From positions 11,151 through 75,150 of the forward strand of contig CALFJB010000056.1 of assembly GCA_937877565.1 (NCBI GenBank): DNA of 64,000 nucleotides, written 5' to 3'. Under the pieces are notes generated by a model. That model worked only from the letters and a program-made list of their open reading frames with translations. It did no database searches and was not told where the DNA came from. Positions within the stretch are counted from its first letter, which is position 1. The number at the start of each line of letters is the position of its first letter. The DNA comes from an uncultured Selenomonadales bacterium. GTDB taxonomy: Bacteria; Bacillota; Negativicutes; Selenomonadales; Selenomonadaceae. Positions 8,887 through 19,139 of the stretch are shown here, in pieces. Made by a program: the position numbers and the translations under genes.

Positions 8887-10407
8887 TTAACCTGCGCTAA
8901 CGTAACTGCGATTGGGAATTTTATCCCATTCAATTTGATTGACGGCGATATTATTTTTCAAGCCGTAAGACGCCGCAATTCCCGCCGCTTCGCCCATACT
9001 CATACAAGTTGGCTGAATCCTTACTGACGCTTGCGCCGAAAAATCCGCACTTATGCAACGTCCCACAACTGCCAAATTTTCAAATTCATTTGTAACAAGT
9101 GCGCGGTAAGGTATTTCGTAAAATTCGTCTTTTTGAAATTTTGGAGAAAAATCTAATTTAGTATCATGAATATCAATCGGATAAGCCGTGCGGCAAACTG
9201 CATCAGGAAATTTTTTCCTGCCAAAATAATCATTAGCCGTCATATAATATTTGCCGTGAATACGCCATGATTCACGCACTCCTAAAATTGACGCCTCATG
9301 GCTGATATACGCTTTTTCAAATCCCGGTAAATTCTTGATAAAAAACTTTGCAAGGCGGCGCATCATTTTTCTGCCAAAAGTAACTGCCTTGCTGTAAGAA
9401 ATTGCATCAGTCGCGCTAAATTTCAATGGCGGCATTTCAGGGCAATTCATTGACATTGTATTTGGCTTGCCTTCAATCGTGAACGCTTGAATATACAAAA
9501 TATCATCCTGCGTAAGTTCGCCGCTTGCCACGCCTTTTTGGAAAAATTCTTCGGTTTTCGTCCATTTCGCAAATTCAAAAATTGGAGGTTTAGATATATT
9601 CCGAATCGGCGGTTTTATTACATTCCAGTCATCTTTTAATTTTTTCACGAAGAAATTACGCGCCTTCGTTTCATCAATTCCGCTCATTTCAAAGCGAAAA
9701 CTCATTGGCTGATTTCTGCCGGTTTTTTCAGAGCCTTTTTCGACAGGAACGCCTGCAAATCTTGCTAAAACTGCATCTCCCGTGCCGTCGATAAAAATTT
9801 TGGCGTCAATTTTATAAATTCCGCTGATTGTTTGAACTATGCAGGAAGTAATTTTTTGATTGTCAGTAACTGCACCAATAATCGACGTGTTGTATAAAAT
9901 TTCTACGCCGTATTCTTCGCACATTTCGTCATAAATTTCTGCAAGCAATTCTGGGATATAAAGACCTCTTCCGCCTCCATAATAAGTTGGCGTTTCAAAA
10001 TTCGGCACAGGTTCTTTAACGCCATGATTTTTCATTCGCAAATTTATTTCATCTATATAAGGCGTGTCGCTGTCAAAGGCAAAAGTCGGCATACAAGGAT
10101 AAACACAGCCCAAAGTTGCAAGCCCGCCCAATGCAATTCCTTTTTCAATCAGAATAACTTTTGCGCCATTTTTAGCCGCGTTAATCGCCGCCGCCGTACC
10201 TGCAGAACCGCCGCCACAAACGCAAACATCAGCACTAATCAAAGTTGGAATATTTGCGCCGTCGAAATTTATTTTTCTTTCAACGGTTGCCGCCTCCGCT
10301 TTTTTAGTTTCAATATTGCCGCTAAGCATAACTCCCGCCGTCGTTAAACCGGCAATTTTAAAAAAGTCACGTCTTGAAATTGGAATGTTAATTGAAGTTT
10401 TATCCAT
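8887..10407 (-). CDS. Tat-exported FAD-dependent oxidoreductase
   Basis: Twin-arginine signal SRRDFFKIAGLTTAG; dinucleotide fold DVCVCGGGSAGTAAA..VILIEKG. Confidence 0.75.
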   Translation of the reverse strand: MDKTSINIPISRRDFFKIAGLTTAGVMLSGNIETKKAEAATVERKINFDGANIPTLISADVCVCGGGSAGTAAAINAAKNGAKVILIEKGIALGGLATLGCVYPCMPTFAFDSDTPYIDEINLRMKNHGVKEPVPNFETPTYYGGGRGLYIPELLAEIYDEMCEEYGVEILYNTSIIGAVTDNQKITSCIVQTISGIYKIDAKIFIDGTGDAVLARFAGVPVEKGSEKTGRNQPMSFRFEMSGIDETKARNFFVKKLKDDWNVIKPPIRNISKPPIFEFAKWTKTEEFFQKGVASGELTQDDILYIQAFTIEGKPNTMSMNCPEMPPLKFSATDAISYSKAVTFGRKMMRRLAKFFIKNLPGFEKAYISHEASILGVRESWRIHGKYYMTANDYFGRKKFPDAVCRTAYPIDIHDTKLDFSPKFQKDEFYEIPYRALVTNEFENLAVVGRCISADFSAQASVRIQPTCMSMGEAAGIAASYGLKNNIAVNQIEWDKIPNRSYVSAG

Positions 10408-10425
10408 TAAAATTTTTCCCTCGTT

Positions 10426-10773
10426 TTATATTAAAATTTCGTGTGCAAGAATTTTTTCAACTTGTCGTTTCAATTCCGGCAATTCGTTTTTTATGGTAAT
10501 GTAAACGTCGCGCATTCTCAAAGTATCGTATTTGTGCGCCGCAATATCTCTAAATCCTGCTATTGCTTTCCATTCAATGTGAGAATTTTTTTCTCGAAAT
10601 TCCGGCGTTAAAGTTTTTACCAATTCGCCAACTCGAATTACGGACATTGCCATTGCAAGTTTTAATGTTTTACTTTGCAGAAAATTTTCTTTGGAAACGT
10701 CTCCAAAAACTTCAAGTGCTTCTTCAATGGCGTTAATAATTTTTTCTAAAGTAATTTTATCTCTATGCTGCAT
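10426..10773 (-). CDS. hepT: HepT (DUF86) toxin of a HepT/MntA module
   Basis: RX4HXY motif FRDIAAHKY; start ATG 10773 overlaps the mntA stop (ATGCAGCATAG). Confidence 0.8.
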   Translation of the reverse strand: MQHRDKITLEKIINAIEEALEVFGDVSKENFLQSKTLKLAMAMSVIRVGELVKTLTPEFREKNSHIEWKAIAGFRDIAAHKYDTLRMRDVYITIKNELPELKRQVEKILAHEILI

Positions 10774-11050
10774 AAATTTCAATTTCCTTTTCAACTTCAA
10801 GAAAATCTTCAGCCTCAAGCGGTCCGTGTATAATGTCAACTTTAACGCCAAGAATTTCTTCCAACTTAATCATCAAACTGGACAATTTAAGCAAAGAAAC
10901 CGCGTCAGTTTCAAATTCAACAATCAAATCAACGTCGCTATTTTCAGTGGCTGTACCGTTAGCGCGGGAGCCAAAAAGCGTAACTTTTTTCAAATTGTAT
11001 TGCGGCGCAATTTCGGCAACAACTTTTTTAATATCGTCAATCGTCAGCAT
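10763..11050 (-). CDS. mntA: MntA nucleotidyltransferase antitoxin
   Basis: Minimal NTase motif GSRANGTATENSDVDL; start at ATG 11050 after GGTGA. Confidence 0.8.
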   Translation of the reverse strand: MLTIDDIKKVVAEIAPQYNLKKVTLFGSRANGTATENSDVDLIVEFETDAVSLLKLSSLMIKLEEILGVKVDIIHGPLEAEDFLEVEKEIEIYAA

Positions 11051-11090
11051 TTTTATCACCTTATTTATCAAATTTGCCGCGAATATCTTA

Positions 11091-11378
11091 CTATGCTGCG
11101 TAAAGTTCAATTTCTTTTTCAATTTCGAGTAAGCTGTTTTTGGTAATTCCGCCGCGACTTATAACGTCAACATTTAAGCCGAAAATATCTTCAAGTTTAT
11201 GCTTTAATGAAATGTGTTTAAGCAAGCCCGTTTCTTCAGGAAAATCAACAATCAAATCAATATCGCTATTATCCGCAGCTGTACCATTTGCACGAGAACC
11301 AAAAAGCGTAACTTTTTTCAAATTGTATTGCGGCGCAATTTCCGCAACAACTTTTTTAATATCGTCAATCGTCAGCAT
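11091..11378 (-). CDS. second MntA-like nucleotidyltransferase (tandem paralog, no own HepT)
   Basis: First ~40 residues MLTIDDIKKVVAEIAPQYNLKKVTLFGSRANGTA are identical to the neighbouring MntA. The upstream leader is also duplicated. Confidence 0.75.
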   Translation of the reverse strand: MLTIDDIKKVVAEIAPQYNLKKVTLFGSRANGTAADNSDIDLIVDFPEETGLLKHISLKHKLEDIFGLNVDVISRGGITKNSLLEIEKEIELYAA

Positions 11379-11388
11379 TTTTATCACC

Positions 11389-12822
11389 TCACTTATCAAA
11401 TTCGCCGCGTATATCTTCAACCGGCGGCGCAATAGGATAATTTCCACTGAAACAGGCATCACAAATTGGCAAGCCGCCCGCCATTTCTTTTAAACATTCA
11501 AGCGGCAAATATCCAAGTGAATCTGCGCCAATGTGTTTGCAAATTTCCTCAACCGTGCGCCCGTGTGCAATAAGTTGATCTTCGCTGGGAATATCAATAC
11601 CGAAATAGCACGGGTGATAAAACGGCGGACTTGAAACGCGCATATGTACTTCCTTTGCGCCCGCGTCTCGTAACATATTTACAATTTGGTTGCTTGTAGT
11701 ACCGCGCACAATCGAATCATCAATCATAACAATTCGCTTGCCTTCAACCACGTCGCGCAGGACGCTTAATTTGACTTTGACACTTTGAACGCGGGTAGAC
11801 TGTTTGGGCTTTATAAAAGTTCTGCCGACGTAAGTATTTTTCGTAAATGCAATTCCATAAGGTATACCTGACGCCATAGAATAGCCGACCGCCGCCATAT
11901 TGCCGGATTCCGGAACACCAACAACTAAATCTGCGTCAACGGGATGAGCCTTCGCCAAAAGTTTACCGGCAGTAATTCGCGCCTTCGTTACGCTCCTGCC
12001 GTCAAAAGTTGTATCAGGGCGGCAAAAATAAATAAACTCAAAAACGCAGCGTGCAGTTTTATCGTGTTCAATCGCCAAAGTCATATCAGATTTAATTTCG
12101 CCGTTGGGCAGAATTGTAACAACTTCGCCGGGCAAAACGTCACGAACAAATTTAGCGTTAATCGTTTCAAGGGCGCAAGTTTCAGAAGTCAAAATATAGG
12201 CGTTGTCCATTTTACCGATAACCAACGGGCGAAAACCAAATGGATCACGTGCGCCAATAAGTTTACGCGGACTTGCGATAACAAGCGAATATGAGCCCTT
12301 AACTTTTTTCAACGCTTTAACGGTTGCATCTTGTACGGACTTTGCATGAACTCTTTCACGCGCAATGTGATAGGCGATAGTTTCAGTGTCGGTGGTAGTC
12401 TGGAAAATTGCGCCGTTCATAGCCAATTCGCGCCGAAGTTGCGGAGTATTAACCAAATTGCCGTTATGTGCAAGCATTAGCGTACCTTTTATATAAGCCA
12501 AAACCAGCGGCTGTGCATTTTCACGGGTAGAGCCGCCCGCCGTCGAATAGCGAACGTGTCCAATTCCCAAATTTCCTTTCAACGCCATTAAATTACTTTC
12601 TCTGAAAACTTGATTGACGCGCCCCAAATCTTTTTGACAAAGTACGCTGTCTTTGCCGTCGAAAGTGTCAGTAACGGCAATACCTGCGCTTTCCTGCCCG
12701 CGATGTTGCAGGGCGTACAAGCCGTAATAAATCGTTGGGGCAACGTCGCCGCCGTCCAAGTCATACATACCGAAAACGCCGCACGCCTCACCAACTGAAA
12801 TTTCCATATCGCCAAAATCCAT
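11389..12822 (-). CDS. purF: amidophosphoribosyltransferase
   Basis: Ntn cysteine CGVFG after a short propeptide, PRPP loop VMIDDSIVRGTT, C-terminal Cys cluster. Confidence 0.95.
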   Translation of the reverse strand: MDFGDMEISVGEACGVFGMYDLDGGDVAPTIYYGLYALQHRGQESAGIAVTDTFDGKDSVLCQKDLGRVNQVFRESNLMALKGNLGIGHVRYSTAGGSTRENAQPLVLAYIKGTLMLAHNGNLVNTPQLRRELAMNGAIFQTTTDTETIAYHIARERVHAKSVQDATVKALKKVKGSYSLVIASPRKLIGARDPFGFRPLVIGKMDNAYILTSETCALETINAKFVRDVLPGEVVTILPNGEIKSDMTLAIEHDKTARCVFEFIYFCRPDTTFDGRSVTKARITAGKLLAKAHPVDADLVVGVPESGNMAAVGYSMASGIPYGIAFTKNTYVGRTFIKPKQSTRVQSVKVKLSVLRDVVEGKRIVMIDDSIVRGTTSNQIVNMLRDAGAKEVHMRVSSPPFYHPCYFGIDIPSEDQLIAHGRTVEEICKHIGADSLGYLPLECLKEMAGGLPICDACFSGNYPIAPPVEDIRGEFDK

Positions 12823-12847
12823 TTAATTCGCTCCCTTCGGTCGCTCA

Positions 12848-12884
12848 TTAGGGGTTAGGGATTAGGGGCTAGGGATTAGGGATT
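12848..12884. repeat. heptamer array (TTAGGGG TTAGGGA TTAGGGG CTAGGGA TTAGGGA)
   Basis: Read directly; between the mnmG stop and the purF start. The adjacent leader 12831-12843 is the complement of CGACCGAAGGGAG. Confidence 0.85.
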
Positions 12885-12935
12885 TGAAAAACTAGCCGCT
12901 ACTACCTTTCCTTTTTAAAAGCTATTATATTTGCT

Positions 12936-14798
12936 TTACCGTAAAGTTTCAAGCCAAACAATCAAAACTGAAATATCAGCGGGCGAAACGCCGGAAATCC
13001 TGCTAGCCTGCCCAATCGAACGCGGGCGAATTTCTGAAAGTTTTTCCCGCGCCTCAACGCGCAAATTTTGCATTGCGTGATAGTCGATATTTTCGGGAAT
13101 AATTTTATTTTCCAGCCTGTCAAGTTTTTCTGCAAGTTCACTTTGTTTTTTAATGTAACCTTCGTAAAACAGAGAAATTTCAACTTGAGTTGCGGCGAAC
13201 GCTGAAATTTTCGGCAAGTCAAAAATCATTGAAAGTTTTTCATAGCTGACATTTGGGCGGCGCATCAATTCAGCAAGCGGCGTTGAAGTTTTAATTTCGC
13301 CAATTTCGACGCTTGCAAGTTTTTGATTTATTTCAGCACTGGGATTTATTTTAGTTTCAGTCAAAAATTTTGTTGCAGAATTTATTTCTGAAAGTTTATT
13401 TTCAAATTTTTTGATACGTTCAGGGCTTGCCAATCCAATTTTAATTGCGTAAGGCGTCAAACGTAAATCAGCGTTATCTTGACGCAGTAACAGGCGGTAT
13501 TCTGCGCGAGAAGTCATCATTCGATAAGGTTCAGCCGTGCCTTTTGTAACCAAATCATCAATCAGCACGCCGATATAACTTTCAGAGCGTTTCAAAATCA
13601 GCGGCTCAAAATTTTTAACAAGTGCCGCCGCGTTAATTCCTGCCATAATTCCTTGAGCCGCCGCCTCTTCGTAGCCGCTGCTACCGTTAGATTGTCCCGC
13701 GCTGAAAAATCCTGCGATATTTTTAAATTCCAACGTCGGCTTAAGTTGCAAAGGATCAATACAATCATATTCAATAGCGTAGCCGTGCCGCATTATTTTA
13801 GCGTTTTCAAGTCCGGGAATTGTATGCAGAAATTCAATCTGCACATCTGCGGGCATTGAAGTTGACATTCCTTGCACGTAATATTCATTCGTGTTTAATC
13901 CTTCCGGCTCCAAAAAAAGTTGGTGGCGTTCCTTGTCTGGGAAACGAATAATTTTTGACTCAATGGACGGGCAATAACGCGGACCAATTCCCTCAATAAT
14001 TCCATTTGCCATTGGGGCGCGGTGTAAATTTTTTCTCAAAATTTCGTGCGTCCGTTCGTTGGTATAAGTCAAGTAGCAACAAATTTGATTATTGGCGGGC
14101 GCGTCAGTCATAAACGAAAAATTTTGCATACCTTCATCGCCGCGTTGAATTTCCATTTTTGAAAAATCTAAAGTGCGGGCGTCAACTCGCGCAGGTGTAC
14201 CCGTTTTAAAGCGCATAAGTTTAACGCCCAAATTTTTCAGCGCGTTTGAAAGTTTCGTCGCGGCGCGTTGTCCGTTCGGTCCGCCGTCAAAAATACTTTC
14301 GCCAATAATAATTCTGCCGCTTAAATAAGTACCGCTTGCCAAAATTACCGCGTCGCTTAAAAAAGTTTCGCCAGTTTCACATTCAACGCCGACGATTTTA
14401 TTTTCTTCAACCAAAATATTTTCAATCAACAGTTGCTTTAAATCCAAATTCGGCGTATTTTCGCAAACTTTTTTCATAGCGGCTTGGTAAATTTTTTTGT
14501 CAGCTTGAGCGCGAAGGGCTTGCACTGCAAAGCCTTTACCTGTGTTCAGCGTGCGAAATTGTATGCAAGTTTCATCAGCGATAATTCCCATTTCGCCGCC
14601 GAGTGCGTCAACTTCCCTAACCAAATGACCTTTTGCACTGCCGCCGATTGACGGGTTGCAAGGCATCATTGCCAAATTTTCCAGCGATAAAGTTGTAAGC
14701 AAAGTTTTACAACCGAGCCGCGCCGCCGCCAACGCCGCCTCTATTCCGGCGTGTCCCGCGCCTATCACTATTACTTCATATTTTCCGGCTACAAACAT
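12936..14798 (-). CDS. mnmG: tRNA uridine 5-carboxymethylaminomethyl modification enzyme MnmG (GidA)
   Basis: 620 aa, [17 protein letters not shown] fold, conserved throughout. Confidence 0.97.
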   Translation of the reverse strand: MFVAGKYEVIVIGAGHAGIEAALAAARLGCKTLLTTLSLENLAMMPCNPSIGGSAKGHLVREVDALGGEMGIIADETCIQFRTLNTGKGFAVQALRAQADKKIYQAAMKKVCENTPNLDLKQLLIENILVEENKIVGVECETGETFLSDAVILASGTYLSGRIIIGESIFDGGPNGQRAATKLSNALKNLGVKLMRFKTGTPARVDARTLDFSKMEIQRGDEGMQNFSFMTDAPANNQICCYLTYTNERTHEILRKNLHRAPMANGIIEGIGPRYCPSIESKIIRFPDKERHQLFLEPEGLNTNEYYVQGMSTSMPADVQIEFLHTIPGLENAKIMRHGYAIEYDCIDPLQLKPTLEFKNIAGFFSAGQSNGSSGYEEAAAQGIMAGINAAALVKNFEPLILKRSESYIGVLIDDLVTKGTAEPYRMMTSRAEYRLLLRQDNADLRLTPYAIKIGLASPERIKKFENKLSEINSATKFLTETKINPSAEINQKLASVEIGEIKTSTPLAELMRRPNVSYEKLSMIFDLPKISAFAATQVEISLFYEGYIKKQSELAEKLDRLENKIIPENIDYHAMQNLRVEAREKLSEIRPRSIGQASRISGVSPADISVLIVWLETLR

Positions 14799-14893
14799 TC
14801 AAATTCTCCTTCATTAAGGCAAAAAAAATTTTTATACCTAGCCAATCATTGCCATACCAAAAACTAAAATTTTGCCAAAAGTTTTACAGTACC

Positions 14894-15325
14894 TTAACTT
14901 TTGCTGTTCAGTAACGGTTGCTTTAATTGTTCCAAAATTACGTCCGTTTCAACGATTGACAGATTATTTTCAATCGCAGAAATTATAACAGCGTCCCAAG
15001 TATCACGCGGGTACAAAATTGCAAAGCCGCCGTACCTCAACAAATACTGCGTTTCGTCTAAATTTAATTCCATTGCCCGCGCTATCGCCAAAAGTTTTTC
15101 ACGTGACGGCTTGGCTTTACCTGAAAAAATATGATAAATATGCTTGTCATCGGGATTTATTTTTTTGACAATATCGCTTTTACGCAAATTTTTATCCTGC
15201 AAAAGTTTCATTAAATATTCGTACAGTGGCGTTTTAAATTCGTTTTCATTTTGCGCCAAAAAATTTTCCACGTCAGGTTGAATTTTCAGCTCCTCAAAAA
15301 GTTTGTCGGTATCTTTTTCAAACAT
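14894..15325 (-). CDS. hypothetical protein with helix-turn-helix-like segment
   Basis: 143-aa ORF divergent from the kinase gene. The segment KSDIVKKINPDDKHIYHIFSGKAKPSREKLLAIARAM looks XRE-like. Confidence 0.45.
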   Translation of the reverse strand: MFEKDTDKLFEELKIQPDVENFLAQNENEFKTPLYEYLMKLLQDKNLRKSDIVKKINPDDKHIYHIFSGKAKPSREKLLAIARAMELNLDETQYLLRYGGFAILYPRDTWDAVIISAIENNLSIVETDVILEQLKQPLLNSKS

Positions 15326-15382
15326 TTTTATTCCTCCTGTGCTAAGATATTACAAGAAATTTTTTGAAAGGTAAAGCGAAAA

Positions 15383-16795
15383 ATGAATCCGCTAAAATTT
15401 TTATATGATGAAGTTGACGTTTTGAAGGACGGCAAGAACGGCAAAGTTTCGCTTGTTTATGACAAGGTCGGCAAGCAAGTTTTTATTATGAAGGAACGCA
15501 CTTTAAAGACCGCCGCAATTTATGAACGTCTGCAAAATATAAAAAGTCTGTACCTGCCGGAAATTTACAGGACAGTTGAATTTGACGGCAAATTTTTTAT
15601 TGTTGAGGAATTTATCAAAGGGCGCACACTTTCAGATTATTTACTGCACAACAACGGGCTTGACGAAGAAAAATCTGTTGAAGTTTTAAAGCAACTCTGC
15701 GAATGTTTAAAAATTCTCCACGCGCAGAAAATTATTCATCGTGATATAAAGCCTTCAAATGTTATGGTTGCGGAAAATAATTTGGTAAAGCTGATTGATT
15801 TTAGCATTTCCAGAATTGAAAAAGATAACGCCGAAACTGACACAGATTTTTTGGGTACGAAAGGTTACGCGCCGCCGGAACAATTCGGCTTTGGGCAAAC
15901 TGATTCACGCAGTGATATTTATTCTTTGGGCGTTACAATTCAAAAACTTTTGGGCGAAAATTATAACGGCTATTTGAAAAAAATTTTGGCGAAGTGTACA
16001 GAATTAGATCCCGCCAAACGTTACCAAAATGTTGATGAAATTTTGGCTGACATTGACAGAAAATATTTTCGCTACAAAATAAAAAAAGCCGCCGTTACGG
16101 TAACTGCAACCTGCGCGATGAGTATTTTAATTTTTTTAGCCGTGAAAAATTTTCCAACTTCTGAAGAAAATCCCGCGCCGCAAATTAAACCTATTGAAGT
16201 TGAAAAGACTGAAAAGCCGCCGCTTGAAAAAGTTAAGCCGCGTGAAACTTCCAAAAAAGTTGAATGGGCAGAAATTAAAATTCCTGAAATTGAAAATTTA
16301 AACGTGTCGATAAATCCAACTGAAAAAAATTTTGAAATTAACGCGGTTGAAGATGCTGAAGACGCTATCGACCCGCGCCTTTATCAAGTTTGCACGTTGA
16401 ATTTGAACGGCGCAATTTATCACAGCGGCGACGGCGATATTTCAGAAAATATTTGGCAAAATTGGAAGAGTGACGGCGAAAATATTTATTTGCCGGAAAA
16501 TTTTTCTGTAAGTTTTAAACTTGAAAATAAAAATCCTGCGCCGCTGAATGTTTCGGTAATTGCGAAGTTGAAGGGTTTGCAAAAATCTGAAAAAATTTTT
16601 ACAGAGACAATCGCCGCCGCTCAATCTAAAAATTTTGAAATTCCTATTGGCGGGCTTGCTTGCAACAACGGCAGTTTTGAAGTTGAAATTTGGCTACGTG
16701 AAAATAACGGCGAGCCGCTTTTTGGTATTTGGAACGGCGAAAATTTCAATAACAAAGGCACAATCAGAATTTATTTGCAAAACTACCGCCGCTAA
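15383..16795 (+). CDS. membrane Ser/Thr protein kinase with extracellular C-terminal domain
   Basis: Hanks motifs HRDIKPSN, DFS, GTKGYAPPE; single TM AAVTVTATCAMSILIFLAV; C-terminal ~200 aa unassigned. Confidence 0.85.
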   Translation: MNPLKFLYDEVDVLKDGKNGKVSLVYDKVGKQVFIMKERTLKTAAIYERLQNIKSLYLPEIYRTVEFDGKFFIVEEFIKGRTLSDYLLHNNGLDEEKSVEVLKQLCECLKILHAQKIIHRDIKPSNVMVAENNLVKLIDFSISRIEKDNAETDTDFLGTKGYAPPEQFGFGQTDSRSDIYSLGVTIQKLLGENYNGYLKKILAKCTELDPAKRYQNVDEILADIDRKYFRYKIKKAAVTVTATCAMSILIFLAVKNFPTSEENPAPQIKPIEVEKTEKPPLEKVKPRETSKKVEWAEIKIPEIENLNVSINPTEKNFEINAVEDAEDAIDPRLYQVCTLNLNGAIYHSGDGDISENIWQNWKSDGENIYLPENFSVSFKLENKNPAPLNVSVIAKLKGLQKSEKIFTETIAAAQSKNFEIPIGGLACNNGSFEVEIWLRENNGEPLFGIWNGENFNNKGTIRIYLQNYRR

Positions 16796-16882
16796 AAATT
16801 TTTTCGCGCAGTGTTGCGGCGCAATACCAAAAATAGAATTGAATATGCTATGCTGAATTAAAAATTCAGGTGGTGACTATTT

Positions 16883-17071
16883 ATGGTGAAACTTATTTTA
16901 ATGGGAATTGGCGTTTGTTTTGTTATTAGTTTAATTAAAGAATTGCCTGATGACAAAGTTGGAGGATTTTTAATTTTAGCTGCGATAGTCGGCGGAATAG
17001 GTCTTATGTTTTCACCTATAGCGGCGTTTGTAGCATTTGCGGTAATAGTTTTTTTGTGCGGCGACGGTTAA
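16883..17071 (+). CDS. small two-helix membrane protein
   Basis: 62-aa ORF with GGTGG upstream, two hydrophobic helices, followed by a terminator. Confidence 0.4.
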   Translation: MVKLILMGIGVCFVISLIKELPDDKVGGFLILAAIVGGIGLMFSPIAAFVAFAVIVFLCGDG

Positions 17072-17093
17072 TTTATTATTTGCAAACAAAAAA

Positions 17094-17124
17094 TCCGAGC
17101 TTTTAACAAGTTCGGACTTTTTTT
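17094..17124. terminator. bidirectional intrinsic terminator
   Basis: Hairpin TCCGA..TCGGA followed by a T-run, between convergent genes. Confidence 0.55.
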
Positions 17125-17392
17125 ATTTGTCGTCGTAGTGACCTTTGCATTGTGTAATTTCTATTGCGTTGTCATCTGTAATGCGGTAAACTAATCGATT
17201 TTTTTCATCAATTTTTCTGCTGAACCAGCCTTGCCAATTACCTTTTAAAGCTTCAGGTTTTCCAATTCCATTTAATTCGCCGTTGCGTTCAATATCTTTT
17301 AGCAAATCATTGATTTTCTTCAAAATTTTTTTATCGTTCGTTTGCCAATAGACATAATCCTCAAAGCCGCGCTCATAAAATATCTTGCGCAT
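17123..17392 (-). CDS. yoeB: YoeB/Txe family toxin
   Basis: 89 aa; FEDYVYWQTNDKKILKKINDLLKDIERN..GKPEALKG..WSRKIDEKNRLVYRI..CKGHY matches the YoeB pattern. Confidence 0.8.
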   Translation of the reverse strand: MRKIFYERGFEDYVYWQTNDKKILKKINDLLKDIERNGELNGIGKPEALKGNWQGWFSRKIDEKNRLVYRITDDNAIEITQCKGHYDDK

Positions 17393-17606
17393 TTATAAAT
17401 TTTTCCCACTCTTCATCAGTAAAAGTTATAGTATTTCTGCCGTGATTCATATCGTCAATGCTTTTTTCTAAATCTTTAACATTTTTTTCACCGTAGTTGG
17501 GTGAGTTCACCTCAAACCAAGCTTTTAAAAAAGGTACAAGTTTTGAAAGGCTCTCTTCAGGAAGTTCTTCCACCAAATTCATTGCCTCCGCTCTAAGGTC
17601 AGACAT
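17373..17606 (-). CDS. putative cognate antitoxin (not Phd/YefM-like by eye)
   Basis: 77-aa acidic ORF overlapping the yoeB start by 20 nt. Confidence 0.5.
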   Translation of the reverse strand: MSDLRAEAMNLVEELPEESLSKLVPFLKAWFEVNSPNYGEKNVKDLEKSIDDMNHGRNTITFTDEEWEKFINAQDIL

Positions 17607-17670
17607 TTTTATTCACCTCCATAAAAATTTTTAAGTTATTTCGACTACGAAAAAAATTTTCCTGTAAAAT

Positions 17671-19056
17671 TTATTTACCAATGCAGAATTTGGAAAAAAT
17701 TTCGTCGATAACGTCTTCAGTAACAGATTCGCCCGTAAGTTCGCTCAAAAATTCCAACGCCGTCCGCAAGTCAATAGAAATAAAATCTACGCCAATATTT
17801 TTTTGCAGGGTAAAACGCGCCTCTTCAAGATTTTTTACTGCGCGTCTAAGTAAATCTGCTTCGCGTTCATCTCTAACAAAATTCATTTCGGCGTTGACGT
17901 TGCCGACCTTTTCAGTAATTGTCGACAAAAATTTTTCTACGCCCAAATTTTTCTTTACCGAAATTGGAATAAAACTTTCAAACTTTGTAACGTCTATAAG
18001 TTGCGGTAAGTCAGACTTTGTAACCAAAATAATTGCGTTGCGGTTTTCGATAATCTTCAAAATTTCAAAGTCTTCAGTTGAAAGTTCCCTTGCGCCGTCG
18101 AATAAAGCCAAAATCAATTCGGCGCGGCTTGCACAATCTTTGGCGCGTTCAATTCCAATTTTTTCAACTGGATTATCAGAATTTCTAATTCCCGCCGTGT
18201 CGATAATTTTCAGCGGTACGCCGCCAATATTTACAAATTCTTCGATACTGTCCCGCGTTGTACCGGGAATATCTGTTACAATGGCGCGATCTGTTTCTGC
18301 CAAAAAATTTAACAAACTGGACTTGCCAACATTCGGCTTGCCGATAATCGCAGTTTCCAGACCTTCGCGCAGGATTCGCCCGCTTTTCTGATTGTCCAGA
18401 AAAATTTTTATCTCCTCAATCTGCGCGGCAATTTTTTTATCAATATCGCCAATAAAAATATCGTCAATGTCATCTTCAGGAAAATCAATTAACGCCTCAA
18501 TGTGCGCCAAAACGTCCAAAATATTTTGGCGTATTTCACGAATTTTTTTTGAAGTCTTGCCCAAAAGTTGATTCTGCGCGACACTTAAAGCCGTTGAAGT
18601 TTTCGCCTGAATAATATCTAAAACTGCCTGCGCTTGCGTTAAATCTAATCTGCCGTTCAAAAAGGCGCGTTTGGTAAATTCGCCGCGTTCTGCAGGACGT
18701 GCGCCCGCCTCAAATGTTCTGCTCAAAACTTCACGAAGTGCCGCCGTGCCGCCGTGACATTGTATCTCTACAACATTTTCTTTGGTGTAAGAATGTGGCG
18801 CACGCATTATCAATATAATTGCCTCGTCAATAATTTCACCCGCCGAATTTTTCACGTGTCCAAAAATTATGCTCCTGTCTTGCACTTTTTTTAAATCCTT
18901 GTCAAAAATTTTGTCGGCAATTTCAATGGAATTTTCGCCGCTCATACGAATAACGCCAATTCCCGCCGTGCCAATCGCCGTTGCTATTGCGCTGATGGTA
19001 TCTTCTTTCAATTTATCACCCCGAACAATTATATAACATTTAAAAAACTTTGCCAC
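17671..19056 (-). CDS. mnmE: tRNA modification GTPase MnmE (TrmE)
   Basis: G1 GKPNVGKSSLLN, G3 DTAGIR, C-terminal CIGK. The true start may be TTG 19011 after GGGGTGA. Confidence 0.95.
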   Translation of the reverse strand: MAKFFKCYIIVRGDKLKEDTISAIATAIGTAGIGVIRMSGENSIEIADKIFDKDLKKVQDRSIIFGHVKNSAGEIIDEAIILIMRAPHSYTKENVVEIQCHGGTAALREVLSRTFEAGARPAERGEFTKRAFLNGRLDLTQAQAVLDIIQAKTSTALSVAQNQLLGKTSKKIREIRQNILDVLAHIEALIDFPEDDIDDIFIGDIDKKIAAQIEEIKIFLDNQKSGRILREGLETAIIGKPNVGKSSLLNFLAETDRAIVTDIPGTTRDSIEEFVNIGGVPLKIIDTAGIRNSDNPVEKIGIERAKDCASRAELILALFDGARELSTEDFEILKIIENRNAIILVTKSDLPQLIDVTKFESFIPISVKKNLGVEKFLSTITEKVGNVNAEMNFVRDEREADLLRRAVKNLEEARFTLQKNIGVDFISIDLRTALEFLSELTGESVTEDVIDEIFSKFCIGK

Positions 19057-19139
19057 GAAAATTTATTTTTACTGCCGTTGCTAAAATCTTTCTTAAGCGT
19101 ATAATTGAAATCAAATTTTTATTAAGGAAGTGATTTAAA

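Noticed and set aside
12588-12848. 86-aa ORF overlapping the purF 5' end
   Set aside because: It is an alternative frame within purF and the heptamer array, with no independent support.
17681-18391. 236-aa plus-strand ORF antisense to mnmE
   Set aside because: It is a Ser/Phe/Ile-rich low-complexity translation lying entirely within the well-conserved mnmE frame, with no RBS.
12936-19056. Replication origin near mnmG/mnmE
   Set aside because: These genes are often origin-proximal. However, no dnaA gene, no cluster of TTATCCACA-like boxes and no AT-rich unwinding region were seen in the window.
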